Positions 18,701 through 27,577 of a DNA stretch of 64,000 nucleotides are shown in pieces. The DNA comes from Elusimicrobiota bacterium (GTDB lineage: Bacteria > Elusimicrobiota > Elusimicrobia > UBA1565 > UBA9628): NCBI GenBank assembly GCA_038060535.1, contig JBBTHA010000021.1, positions 1,813-65,812 on the forward strand. Direction: 5' to 3'. The position numbers and the translations under genes are program-made. The notes beneath the pieces are model-generated. The model worked only from the letters and a program-made list of their open reading frames with translations, ran no database searches and had not been told where the DNA came from. Position 1 is the stretch's first letter; every line of letters starts with the position of its first letter.

Positions 18701-21449
18701 AAGCTGCGGCCATGCCGGTTGAACCCGTTCTCGCGTTCTGGGTGAGGCCGGCGAGTTGGAAGCTGACCGGTTGGCGCAAGGCCGGGCCGTTATCCGTGGT
18801 CAAACGCGCGGCCAAAGCCGCCGTGTCCAGGAACGCCACGCTTGAGACGCCCACATATGAGAACCGGGTTTCCAAAGGGACGGCCGAGATCACGGTATTG
18901 GTCGGGGTGATCGTTTGCAAGGCGTTGGGGAAGTAGACCAGCGCCTGGTTGCTGACGACCGTGCCCGGGGGCGAGGTCGACTTGAGGCGTGTCTCAATGA
19001 CGAAGCTCCCACCGTGATGAGGCCCCGCGTTGCCGGTCAGGACGGTGACGGTTCTCGTTTTGAGGTCGTAGGACCAGGGGAAATTGGCGGGGGTCGTCGA
19101 GATGGGAACATCATCGACGAAAACGTGGGTGTTCATGTCGCGCACCGTCAGAATAGAATCATCCAAGTTGGGGTCCAGGACATCCTTGATAAAGACGCCC
19201 AACGCCGTGCCGTCGCCCACGTTCTCGAACTCAAGGGTATAGGTCATGAGTTGGCCCGGGGTCACCGAGCCCTCTGGACCGTACAGGTGGTTGGGGTCGC
19301 CGGGCACGAGGAATTGGGTCGGCGGATAGAAAATCGAGGGCGGCCAATCGGCGGGAGCCCCCGCACCCGGACCGCCGGGAACGTTGGGCGGCAAGGTGCA
19401 GCTCGCCACGCCGGAAACGAGACAGGGCGGCTGCGGGGTCGATGGAGGATGAGGAGGAGGCCTTGAGCCGCCGGGACCCGCCCCGGGGCCGGGCGGCTTC
19501 TCCCCGCCGGGAGGGACCATAACGAAGCTGCTCTGCGAGCAATTGTCCGCCACGCTGCACGCCTGGGCCCAGTACCAAACGTTTTCCTCAAGGGTGAAGC
19601 CGAGCGAGGCGCCTCCCGGACCGGCTTGGGCGACGGGGGACGCGTAGTCCGTGTCGAGAAAGACCGAGAGGCTTTTCATCGGCGCGTTGGACGGGGGCGG
19701 CGTGGCGCTGATATTGACCCAGCCGTTTTGCGTGTCGTCGGTGTCGTTGAGCACCTTGCCCGCGCCGTCGATGACCCATAATGTCGGCGGGGTTGCGTCG
19801 ATTGAGAAATTCACCAGTGTAGCCCTTGCCCTCAATGATGCGGCAGTTGATTGAAGGCTCCGCTGGTCGGGGAGGAATGTGTCGTACGTGCCATTCTCAT
19901 CCTTGATCTGCGCCAAGAAGGCGTAGAAGCCATCCTGTAAACCGAGAAGCTCGGTGTCGATGAGGAGCTCCAGTCCGTCTAAAGGGGTCGCGTCCTCGCT
20001 AACAATGGTCCAGTTGCTCAGGTCCTGAAGGCGCGCGTCGATAAAGGCATCGCTATCGCCGCCAGGTAAAGCCTCGTTCAGGATCAAGAGCCTGGCCCCA
20101 CTCGTGTTCTCTGGAGTCGCCCCGAGGTTCAGCTCGCTGGCGAGAAACGGCTGGATTCGAACCTTGGCCTTCTTGCCGATGCTGTCCGAGGACGTTGGGG
20201 TACTGAAATTACCATCGAGCTTCTTGTCGACCCCCGACACTTTCGCACGAGAATAGACGATCCCATGTGTCTCGCTGATTTTCCTAAACGCCTCCTTCTT
20301 GACCGTGGGGCTTCTCGCCATGTACGCGTCCCAGAACTCCTTGAAGTTTGACGGCCTCGCCTGCGAGACGGCTGCCCAAAGGGTCGCGAAGTCAGAGGAT
20401 ATGCCATCATCATCGGCTGGGTCCGCGATATCCCAGAGCACGCTGGCGACAGCGCCCTCCACGCTTTCTCCGGAGTGACTCAGGCCGGAGGCCGCCGGAT
20501 CGAAGCTTCCTTTCCAGAACGTGTTCGCCTCGAGCGTCATGGTGGTGCCTGGATTGCCGATGAACTGAAGATTACTCGCTACGGCGTCCATCATGAAGTT
20601 CGACCAGCCTTCGAGCCAGGCGAAGATTGGCTCTGAAATGGTTATGAAGGTGTGCGGCTGCGCGAAAGAGCTCGTCGGGAGGTGATTCCCATAGATCGAG
20701 AACATGACCGCGTGCGCGTACTCGTGATAAATCGCTTCACGCATGAACATCAACGGCTTGCCGAAACGGAGCTCTCCGTCGACGCCGAAGAATCCCAGGA
20801 AGTTGTTGAACTCGAAGCCGGTTGCCATCGTATCAGGATCGATCTCTGCGTCAAGTTGCACCCGGCTGACATAGGCCGGAATTCGGTCATGAAGCCATTT
20901 GTCCATGACGTAGACTTCTTTCAGGACGTTTGCCCCGCCGACCTCAAGGTCGCTCGCCGTCTGAGGGATCGTGATGTCATTCGAGTACGTGCCGCTGATT
21001 CCCGGGATCACGTCGGTGTTGTAGATGATAGTGGAGGCAGAGCCCTGAGGCGTCGCCAAGACCAGGCTCGTCACCAAGGGAACCTCAAAAACGAGGTCGA
21101 AGGAGGTGAAATCACCGTTGTCAATAGTCCCCTGTATCCTTCCCGCAGAGTCGGTTGTAAGTTCTCCGAGGAGGATGTCCCCGAACAACTGATGATGGTA
21201 GACGCGGACGGTCACGCCGGGAGGAAATGTCTTGATCGAGGGCGCGTTGTCCAGCGACTGCGACAAGAAAGAAAGGCCGGACACGTTGCCTTTGTTGTGG
21301 ACCTTGACGACGCTGTTGATCGTCACCTGGCCGGCGGCAGCGCTCAGAGGGCAGCAGATGAGCAGGGCGCACAGGCCAGAGCTTCTTATGGCTCCACCCC
21401 ATCGTGCCATCGCGCGTTCGACCACGTTGATCATTCTCAATGCTGCCAC
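15792..21449 (-). CDS. Giant secreted surface protein: HExxH metalloprotease-like N-domain, Pro-rich linker, Ig-like/DUF11-like repeats, NHL beta-propeller
   Basis: 1885 aa. Signal-peptide-like MARWGGAIRSSGLCALLICCPLSAAAG. REAIYHEYAHAV zinc-binding motif. PPGPGAGPGGSRPPPHPPSTPQPP linker. Repeated beta-sandwich-type segments. C-terminal NHL repeats (VYVADIGNDRIVVF, VYAADSGKHRVQVYD, VYTVETNRNRVQKFD). Start codon ambiguous: GTG 21449, or ATG at M6 or M14. Confidence 0.8.
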   Translation of the reverse strand: MAALRMINVVERAMARWGGAIRSSGLCALLICCPLSAAAGQVTINSVVKVHNKGNVSGLSFLSQSLDNAPSIKTFPPGVTVRVYHHQLFGDILLGELTTDSAGRIQGTIDNGDFTSFDLVFEVPLVTSLVLATPQGSASTIIYNTDVIPGISGTYSNDITIPQTASDLEVGGANVLKEVYVMDKWLHDRIPAYVSRVQLDAEIDPDTMATGFEFNNFLGFFGVDGELRFGKPLMFMREAIYHEYAHAVMFSIYGNHLPTSSFAQPHTFITISEPIFAWLEGWSNFMMDAVASNLQFIGNPGTTMTLEANTFWKGSFDPAASGLSHSGESVEGAVASVLWDIADPADDDGISSDFATLWAAVSQARPSNFKEFWDAYMARSPTVKKEAFRKISETHGIVYSRAKVSGVDKKLDGNFSTPTSSDSIGKKAKVRIQPFLASELNLGATPENTSGARLLILNEALPGGDSDAFIDARLQDLSNWTIVSEDATPLDGLELLIDTELLGLQDGFYAFLAQIKDENGTYDTFLPDQRSLQSTAASLRARATLVNFSIDATPPTLWVIDGAGKVLNDTDDTQNGWVNISATPPPSNAPMKSLSVFLDTDYASPVAQAGPGGASLGFTLEENVWYWAQACSVADNCSQSSFVMVPPGGEKPPGPGAGPGGSRPPPHPPSTPQPPCLVSGVASCTLPPNVPGGPGAGAPADWPPSIFYPPTQFLVPGDPNHLYGPEGSVTPGQLMTYTLEFENVGDGTALGVFIKDVLDPNLDDSILTVRDMNTHVFVDDVPISTTPANFPWSYDLKTRTVTVLTGNAGPHHGGSFVIETRLKSTSPPGTVVSNQALVYFPNALQTITPTNTVISAVPLETRFSYVGVSSVAFLDTAALAARLTTDNGPALRQPVSFQLAGLTQNARTGSTGMAAASIFLSSAAGNYNLTMNYAGDNFFYLPSSANTPFTLTTRATHLQAPFASARPTDTVHLVLTLTDEQAQTLQRQTQEPKTVVLETLDASGTAIPLASSLLAGATVAFQFALPQPLKLRWPLRARFDGDSRYAAALSTGSLDLIDDVAPAIAITSPNGGETFSGAASIGVSFTVHDNADLAPGATAYFISLDGGQSIAAANGTSIPASSLSQGSWKLVVRASDWAGNSSALETQAFQVSLDVLAPRTSLIAETPSYGNDPLYVSSQTNVSLSATDDQTTVGDGLGVGVAQTFVSIDNGSSIPLVSSIVLTGEGPHSVTFHSVDLIGNAEAPQTRNLILDSTPPVTKLLVDNVISSSATLVVSMTTEFSFLKSDSGSGVAQTLYALDGSTATTVAVSTFSLSIGTHSLVFQSIDNVGNAEPAKTVSIAVAAPPVDHVPPSLALSPVDGSTVTTAVPTLLATYADLGVGIATTSVRLSLDGADKTSLAAISASEAAFTPAAPLDQGAHTLTASVSDAAGNTSTASAVFFIDSLPPVTTLQVNGLGVSATSLVLVSTDSLGFAASDAGTGALETRFSIDGATETVFVSTFSLGAGAHSLVFFSVDRALNREDPRRFEISVAGPSSDHVPPLVRLDFPASSALGVERAVGGVVNVRGAVSDDSAVSWTLESAPGATATSGFTTIASGSGQRTGQIAAWNTSALSGHRTLRLRAVDAFGNAAATTAGVYVGRPVMSFAIGRRNANAIVKRLKNPTGIAVRPDGRIWVAVDDALLLLTPAGGVAATVEGHGRRLKKPQGLALDGAGNVYVADIGNDRIVVFSPDGAQVLRELKGLCSPRDVAVDLIGDVYAADSGKHRVQVYDSSGTFLRRFGTGVLSSHDDIRGIALAPEGLWVSDHERQRLFLFSRAGTLIRSIGGADSAIGELSRMRGVAADRLGSVYTVETNRNRVQKFDAQGKGLLAFGSSAGLSRADKLAVR

Positions 21450-22090
21450 CGGTGTTTGAGCCGCTTCCAGAGGGACCCAAAGTCCCAGTCTTCGACTCTT
21501 CCGACATCCTCCCGAACCTTCACATAGAGCGAAGGGGGCATGAACGCGAGTGCGTCCTCCACGATCTTTAGGCTCTGTCCGGTTCGCACAAACTCCTGCT
21601 GGCGGCGGATCGCGTCGGCATCGGCTCCTTGAAGGTCCGGGATGTTCTTGGCGACCTCTTCTTGGAGACCCTGAAGATTGGCTGAGTCGTCTCGAAGGAG
21701 GCTGATCTTTCCAGAAAGGTGGTAGAAGCCCGGCCTTGTCAGCTTAAAGCGAATCGCCCATTCTTTCCGTTCGGTTTGCAGACCCTTCCAATGCGCGACG
21801 ATGGAACCGGGGGCGCTTTGCCGATCCAACTCGATGTCCGAATGAACTATCTCGCTGTCCGCCGGGAGCGAATAACGTAGTTCCAGCGGAACGGGGGCCT
21901 TGCCGGGAAACTCCAGAGTCAGAGTCAAGGTCATCTCTGAACCCAATCGAGGTGCCGGGGCCGAAAGCTTCACTCGGCCCCGCGGAGGCGGCGAGGAGAT
22001 CATGTCTCCAAGGCTAGGCGACCACAACCCTGCCAGCAGTAGGGCCGCAAGGACGGGTCTGGCGACGGCTAGTAGCTGGCGATTTTCCAT
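21437..22090 (-). CDS. Secreted hypothetical protein
   Basis: ATG start. Signal peptide MENRQLLAVARPVLAALLLAGLWSPSLG. No recognised domain. Visibly lower G+C than the flanking regions. Confidence 0.55.
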   Translation of the reverse strand: MENRQLLAVARPVLAALLLAGLWSPSLGDMISSPPPRGRVKLSAPAPRLGSEMTLTLTLEFPGKAPVPLELRYSLPADSEIVHSDIELDRQSAPGSIVAHWKGLQTERKEWAIRFKLTRPGFYHLSGKISLLRDDSANLQGLQEEVAKNIPDLQGADADAIRRQQEFVRTGQSLKIVEDALAFMPPSLYVKVREDVGRVEDWDFGSLWKRLKHRWQH

Positions 22091-22869
22091 ACTTCTCTGT
22101 CCCGGACCATCTTGAAGAAGAAGCTCCGAGGCTGTGCGCTGGCTCTAGATTCCGCTGCGCTGACAATCGCGGTTGCCTTTGCCTCTGCGCCAGAGACCTG
22201 TATCTCGACGATTTGCGGCTCCATCGATGTAATCTTGCTGGTAGGAAGCTGACGTTCGATTTCCTTCATCTGCTTCGTTGGGAACTGAGACGAGAGAGTG
22301 CTCTTTAGCGCCGGGAGGTCCCGCGCGACGATTGCTCGCATGAAGTCGTCGACCGTCTGCCGAATGGCGCGGCGCGATGGGGTATCCTGTCTATGCCGCG
22401 CAATGTCTTTCCTGCGCTCGACCAATTCACGTTCCCCCATTTCCGTTGAACGACTACTTCCTCTGACTTGACCCTCGATGAATCGCTCGGCCCCCTCGTA
22501 CTTTCCGCTCTCCAAGAGCGCGAAAAATATGCCTTGCCGAGCCTTTCGGACGAGCGCCTTATCCGAAGACCCCTCCAGTACCTTCTTAAATTCCTGAACA
22601 GCCTCCTCGTTCCGCTGCTGTCTAGCGAGAAGGCCACCAAGTTGCATACAGGCGTCCGCCTCATCTCCGGTTGACGGCATTCCGGGAAGGGCTTTCCGGT
22701 AGGCGTCTATAGCCTTCGAGATCTCATTCCGTCCAACAAGCTCTCGCGCATGTCGGAACGCCCCTTCCCGCTGCGATTCTCCGCCAAAACCTGTGCTGGC
22801 ACAGACAGCCATGGCAAGCGCACAGGAGACAGGCAGTCGGATACGCCGACTCCTAATGTCTGTGTTCAT
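22069..22869 (-). CDS. Secreted hypothetical protein with TPR-like N-terminal half
   Basis: Start at the internal ATG (MNTDIRSRRIRLPVSCALAMAVCAST, signal-peptide-like). The ORF-track frame extends to 22956, where ATGATGA overlaps the upstream stop. Confidence 0.5.
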   Translation of the reverse strand: MNTDIRSRRIRLPVSCALAMAVCASTGFGGESQREGAFRHARELVGRNEISKAIDAYRKALPGMPSTGDEADACMQLGGLLARQQRNEEAVQEFKKVLEGSSDKALVRKARQGIFFALLESGKYEGAERFIEGQVRGSSRSTEMGERELVERRKDIARHRQDTPSRRAIRQTVDDFMRAIVARDLPALKSTLSSQFPTKQMKEIERQLPTSKITSMEPQIVEIQVSGAEAKATAIVSAAESRASAQPRSFFFKMVRDREVWKIASY

Positions 22870-22952
22870 CTGCACCCCTTCTCCCTCACCGCCTTCGAAG
22901 GATTCGATAACAATAACTCGGCGCGTTTTAACAGCTAATCCATCTGACAGCA

Positions 22953-25900
22953 TCATGGAGTCCCCCCGACGGGATAGTGCGCGAAGACCTGATCAGCCCA
23001 AGCTTTGCTCAGAAGTTCCACGTGCCCTCCCGTAAGAAATTCGTGCGGCTGCGGTCCGCCAGGGGCCATGAGCCGGAAGCGAGCTTGGTAGTTCAGCTTG
23101 ACGGCGCTTCGCGGCGGTATCTGCGCAATATCCCAACGCACGAACGGGGTCGGGGAGTAAAGCTTGGTATTGCGCCAGGAGGCGACATTGTAGACGACGT
23201 AGGAGCCCGAAGCCGAGACAAAATCCGCCCAATCCGTTAAGCCCACGACGACCGACACCCCGGTTGCCGCCGCGAAGCCGTCGTTGCGGATGGTAATGAG
23301 GTGCGATTCCACGGCGCCCGGAAACGCGACATGGGGATGGGTGGTCAATACGCTGAGCAGAGGCTGGATCGGCGCGCCGACGTCGAGCCGCTCCAGCGTG
23401 AGGAGCAGCGATCTCGGCGCCTTGGCGACCAGGATCCCCTCGAAGCGGCTCCGAATCGGCTGATCGTAGAGGCCGCTAAGACGCGCGACCTGGCTGTAGT
23501 TGGCGACCGCATAAGCCCAGCCGACGCCCGTGCCAAAGGTCGAGGAATATGTGGGTAGGAAGAAACCCTCGCCGTTGTAAGGGTTGCCGGGGCTGTTTAC
23601 GGTGACCAAGGTGAAGGTGTTCTCAAGAGGACCGACTTCATAGCCGCTTGTCTGACCAGTCAGCGATGACTGTCGAAGGTTCAGAGCGGTCCCAGGATAT
23701 TGGGTCGACTGCGGGGCCGGAGCGCTGCCGCTGAAGTGGAGGCGGCTGGCACCGAACTGATTGCCGATCTGCGTCGCGCCGCAAGACAGCGACATGCGGT
23801 CGAAGTTGCCGCTGCCGGGCACGGACTCGGTCAGGACGCCTTCCAGTACGCCGCGGATGCCGCCTGCGAGGACTCCTTTGAGGACCATCCGCCGAGGCGC
23901 CTGCGTCAAGAACGCGGCGCCCTGCCAGAGGCCCGACAGGAAGGCCCCGTCAGCGAGACCCAAGGTCCATGCGCCTCGGAAGAAGCCGTTGCCCGCCAAT
24001 GAGCCGCTCTGAAGCGTGACCAACCGCATCTGCGCCTGGCTGAAGGTTCCCGGTGTGACGCCGGTGGACGTTGCTCCGGAGAAGTCGAGTGCCTGAGCCG
24101 AAAGCGTTTCGGTCAGCGACTGGCTGGCCGATAATGTCTCCTGCAATTGGGAAAATGTCACCGTTGGAGGGCTGTTGGTGTTGCTGAAACCGACGAGTTG
24201 ATTGTTATCTAAAATAGTTCCAGCATTGCCGTTTCCAGTTCCCGTGCCACCGGCGACGAGGAGCGCGTATGATGCTGTCTTGGCGCCATAGGATAAGGCG
24301 ATCCTCCCTCCGCCGCCTCCCGAGCCACCCACACTGGTGCCTCCCCCGCCATTTGCCCTGAGTACTCCCGTTCCCGCAAGAGCGGCTGCATTGATGTTGA
24401 TAGTGCCGCCGCCGCCCCCTCCTCCGCCGGTTCCGTAATAGGGCTCAGGAGCGCCGGCCACGCCATTGGCTGAAATCAAACCGTCGAGCGTGAGTGTACC
24501 GCCGACCTGCAGGAGCACCGCGCCTCCGCCGGCTCCGCCGGCGATTCCCCCACCAGCGGTGCTGCCGCCGCCCTGAGACCCCAATTCGGTAGGGAAAAGT
24601 GCGCTGTCGTATGTCGCTTCGCCCGAACTGCCTTCGGATCCCGCTCCCCCAGCACCCCCGTGCCCGCCGCCGCCCCCGGAACGATATCCCTTACCGCCGC
24701 CGCCTGGCCCGGCGCCGACCTGATTCCCACCATACCGTGTATATCCTTTGCCATCCACCGAGATGGCCGAGCCCGACTGCACGATCATATTTCCGCTCAC
24801 GTTGAGATTTAGAATGGAAGATTGTGTCAGGCCGTTGGGTCGGTGAGTTATTTGAGCGCCGGGATCCATTCTGATCGATGTGAAATTTAAAGGCAATGAG
24901 CTCTCCTGCTCAAACAATCCTCCGTTGCGGACGATAAGATTGACATTCGACAGGGAGCCCTCTGACCACGTTAAGATCCCACCCGTACGAATTTCCAGGG
25001 GATTGTTTCCGAGGGTCAGGTCGCCGAACGCCGCCGTCATTGTGCCCTGGATGACAAGTGATCCCGCAATGAGACTTGGCGCCTTTAATGTCGCCGAACC
25101 GATCACGACGAGGGAATCGACGGATGTTGAACTCCCTGTAAAGATGAGTGTCGCGTTGGTCAGCGAGACCGCGGCCAAAGTCAGCGGCGAGTCAGTCACT
25201 GGAGTGTGCGCCTGCGGGATGCGAGTCGAACTTCCGACGGTCAGGCTGCAATGAGTCGCTCCGGGGTTCTTCTCCACGATCGTGCCGGCTCCGCCGTTGA
25301 TTCCTGTGGATCCGCCGCCATTCCCAGAGAGTGCCGCAATGCTCAGGCTCGCCGCATGGCTTTGCGTGACATTCAGCGCGATTCGGCCCCCTCCTCCTCC
25401 CGAGCCACCCACACTGGTGCCTCCCCCGCCATTTGCCCTGAGTACTCCCGTTCCCGCAAGAGCGGCTGCATTGATGTTGATAGTGCCGCCGCCGCCCCCT
25501 CCTCCGCCGGTTCCGTAATAGGGCTCAGGAGCGCCGGCCACGCCATTGGCTGAAATCAAACCGTCGAGCGTGAGTGTACCGCCGACCTGCAGGAGCACCG
25601 CGCCTCCGCCGGCTCCGCCGGCGATTCCCCCACCAGCGGTGCTGCCGCCGCCCTGAGACCCCAATTCGGTGGGGAAAAGTGCGCTGTCGTATGACGTTTC
25701 GCCCGAACTGCCTTCGGATCCCGCCCCCCCAGCGCCCCCGTGCCCGCCGCCGCCCCCGGAACGATATCCCTTACCGCCGCCGCCTGGTCCGGCGCCCACC
25801 TGATTTCCGCTTGATCCCGTATAGCCAAGCCCATCAGCTATTATGGTCGCTCCAGCGGGGAGATTGAAATCGTCCGTCACGTTGAGATTAAGGACAGACG

Positions 25901-27482
25901 AGCGACTCGTTGAATTGATTCCATGTCTCATGGTCCCGCCGGGATGAACCATGACGGAAGTAAAGGTTAAGGGAGTCGTGTTGATTTGAACGAATGTGCC
26001 GCCGCTGTTCACCATCAATGGACCATTGCTTGAGGTCGCTGCCATTTGAAATACCGCGCCAGGCATAACGATCGCGTTAGCGTTCCACGAAATCGAAGCC
26101 GCCTTGAGTGAGGCCGTTCCGACAATCACCAAATTATCGAGCGATACAACGCTGCCGGAATCGAAATTAATGGCGCTGTTGTTGAGCGTCATGAGGCCGA
26201 ATGAGAGATTCGTTCCATGAATCGGGGTCATCGCTTGCGGCGCAACGGATAAACCTGCTGATAGTCCGCCGAGAACTAAATCGAAGTTTGGCTTAGTTCC
26301 GCTGCGAGTCGCGGCGATCCCGGCGCCGCCGGCGGCAGAGCCGCCCGCGCCAGAGCCTCTGTTTGCCTGTACGGAAAGATTCGAGGTATTTTGATCGGTG
26401 ACTCTGATGCTAACGATGCCCCCGCCCCCCCCGCCGCCCCCCACGCCCCCCGAAATCGCTCCCGGCCCTCCATTTGCATGGATGGATCCCGTTCCGCTCA
26501 GGCTACCCGCTGTAATTTTGACCGTGCCGCCCGCGCCGCCGCCGCCGCCGCTGTCACCGTCAAAACCGCCGGCTGGATGACCTGGGAGACCGTCAGCGGT
26601 AATTGTTCCGTTGAGTACCAGCGTTCCTCCGATCGAAATCAACACGGTTCCGCCGCCATACCCACCGAGACCATCGACGCAGCCTTGTGACCGTCCTCCC
26701 CCTCCGCCCGAACCTAAATCCGTGGGATCGATGTAATTGTCATACGACGCGCCGCCATTGATCGGGTTGCTGGGTTGGCCGGTGTTCGCGTTTTCTCCAT
26801 TGCCTCCCATTCCGGCATGCCCGCCGCCCCCGCCGCCCAACGGGAGAACGCCGGGTCCCGCGCCAGTAGCGCCGGTTCCACCCCCGCCTGGTCCATAACC
26901 CGACGTGTGGGTCGAACAGGGCATTCCGCCTGCGTAGCCCAAGCCATTGACCACGATCGTTGCGCCCGCCTGGAGATTGAAGTCGCCGATCACGTTTAAA
27001 TTGACAAGGGAAGAGAGGGTCGATGAATTCGGAGTGTGAGTGATCACGCCGCCGGGCATCAGATTCATCTCGCCCAGGCTTATTTGTTGGGTTGTATCCT
27101 GCTGGAGTTTCGCTCCCGAGTATACAGTGACCGCGCCGTTTGTTGTTTGGGCGGCCGATAGGCGCAGCGTAGGAGAGAAATTCCCAGCGGCATCACCGAG
27201 CGTCAAAGTTGCGAATGCGATGGATGAACCCCCACCAGCGGTGATGGTTGCGTTATTGTCGATGACGACATTGTCGGCAGAGGAGGGGACCCGGGCGGCA
27301 GACCAGTTGCCCGCAACGAACCAATTGCCATCTACGCTGCCCGTCCAGGTCAGAGTGGATGCGCTCACGTTTAGGGCGATCGTCGAGAGAGATAAAACGA
27401 CCGCAACAACGGCCGCCACAAAAAGACGGGGAGACCTGAGTAAATTTCTTTGCGACGAAGATGGTGTGTCTATTGCAACCAC
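22953..27482 (-). CDS. Giant Gly-rich beta-helix-like surface protein with C-terminal DUF11-like domain
   Basis: 1509 aa. N-terminal hydrophobic anchor or signal. Reiterated NxxxxGxxxxxG beta-helix-like rungs (TWTGSVDGNWFVAGNWS...). Long poly-Gly tracts. A ~150-aa segment is duplicated almost exactly. C-terminal segment ITIRNDGFAAATGVSVVVGLTD resembles a DUF11 conserved repeat domain. Confidence 0.75.
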   Translation of the reverse strand: MVAIDTPSSSQRNLLRSPRLFVAAVVAVVLSLSTIALNVSASTLTWTGSVDGNWFVAGNWSAARVPSSADNVVIDNNATITAGGGSSIAFATLTLGDAAGNFSPTLRLSAAQTTNGAVTVYSGAKLQQDTTQQISLGEMNLMPGGVITHTPNSSTLSSLVNLNVIGDFNLQAGATIVVNGLGYAGGMPCSTHTSGYGPGGGGTGATGAGPGVLPLGGGGGGHAGMGGNGENANTGQPSNPINGGASYDNYIDPTDLGSGGGGGRSQGCVDGLGGYGGGTVLISIGGTLVLNGTITADGLPGHPAGGFDGDSGGGGGAGGTVKITAGSLSGTGSIHANGGPGAISGGVGGGGGGGGIVSIRVTDQNTSNLSVQANRGSGAGGSAAGGAGIAATRSGTKPNFDLVLGGLSAGLSVAPQAMTPIHGTNLSFGLMTLNNSAINFDSGSVVSLDNLVIVGTASLKAASISWNANAIVMPGAVFQMAATSSNGPLMVNSGGTFVQINTTPLTFTSVMVHPGGTMRHGINSTSRSSVLNLNVTDDFNLPAGATIIADGLGYTGSSGNQVGAGPGGGGKGYRSGGGGGHGGAGGAGSEGSSGETSYDSALFPTELGSQGGGSTAGGGIAGGAGGGAVLLQVGGTLTLDGLISANGVAGAPEPYYGTGGGGGGGGTININAAALAGTGVLRANGGGGTSVGGSGGGGGRIALNVTQSHAASLSIAALSGNGGGSTGINGGAGTIVEKNPGATHCSLTVGSSTRIPQAHTPVTDSPLTLAAVSLTNATLIFTGSSTSVDSLVVIGSATLKAPSLIAGSLVIQGTMTAAFGDLTLGNNPLEIRTGGILTWSEGSLSNVNLIVRNGGLFEQESSLPLNFTSIRMDPGAQITHRPNGLTQSSILNLNVSGNMIVQSGSAISVDGKGYTRYGGNQVGAGPGGGGKGYRSGGGGGHGGAGGAGSEGSSGEATYDSALFPTELGSQGGGSTAGGGIAGGAGGGAVLLQVGGTLTLDGLISANGVAGAPEPYYGTGGGGGGGGTININAAALAGTGVLRANGGGGTSVGGSGGGGGRIALSYGAKTASYALLVAGGTGTGNGNAGTILDNNQLVGFSNTNSPPTVTFSQLQETLSASQSLTETLSAQALDFSGATSTGVTPGTFSQAQMRLVTLQSGSLAGNGFFRGAWTLGLADGAFLSGLWQGAAFLTQAPRRMVLKGVLAGGIRGVLEGVLTESVPGSGNFDRMSLSCGATQIGNQFGASRLHFSGSAPAPQSTQYPGTALNLRQSSLTGQTSGYEVGPLENTFTLVTVNSPGNPYNGEGFFLPTYSSTFGTGVGWAYAVANYSQVARLSGLYDQPIRSRFEGILVAKAPRSLLLTLERLDVGAPIQPLLSVLTTHPHVAFPGAVESHLITIRNDGFAAATGVSVVVGLTDWADFVSASGSYVVYNVASWRNTKLYSPTPFVRWDIAQIPPRSAVKLNYQARFRLMAPGGPQPHEFLTGGHVELLSKAWADQVFAHYPVGGTP
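24319..24725. repeat. Intragenic near-identical direct repeat, copy 1 (~407 bp)
   Basis: Near-identical to 25399..25805 with a few mismatches seen by eye. It encodes VGAGPGGGGKGYRSGGGGGHGGAGGAGSEGSSGE...GGGGGRIAL twice. Confidence 0.8.
25399..25805. repeat. Intragenic near-identical direct repeat, copy 2 (~407 bp)
   Basis: See copy 1. The spacing between copies is 1080 bp. Confidence 0.8.
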
Positions 27483-27577
27483 TGGCGGCCCGCCATGACG
27501 CTGCTTTTCTGCCTAAATTGTACCAATCCACAAGTAAGAAATGTAAACCGATGGCAAGATGGCAAGGCGGGCAGTTG

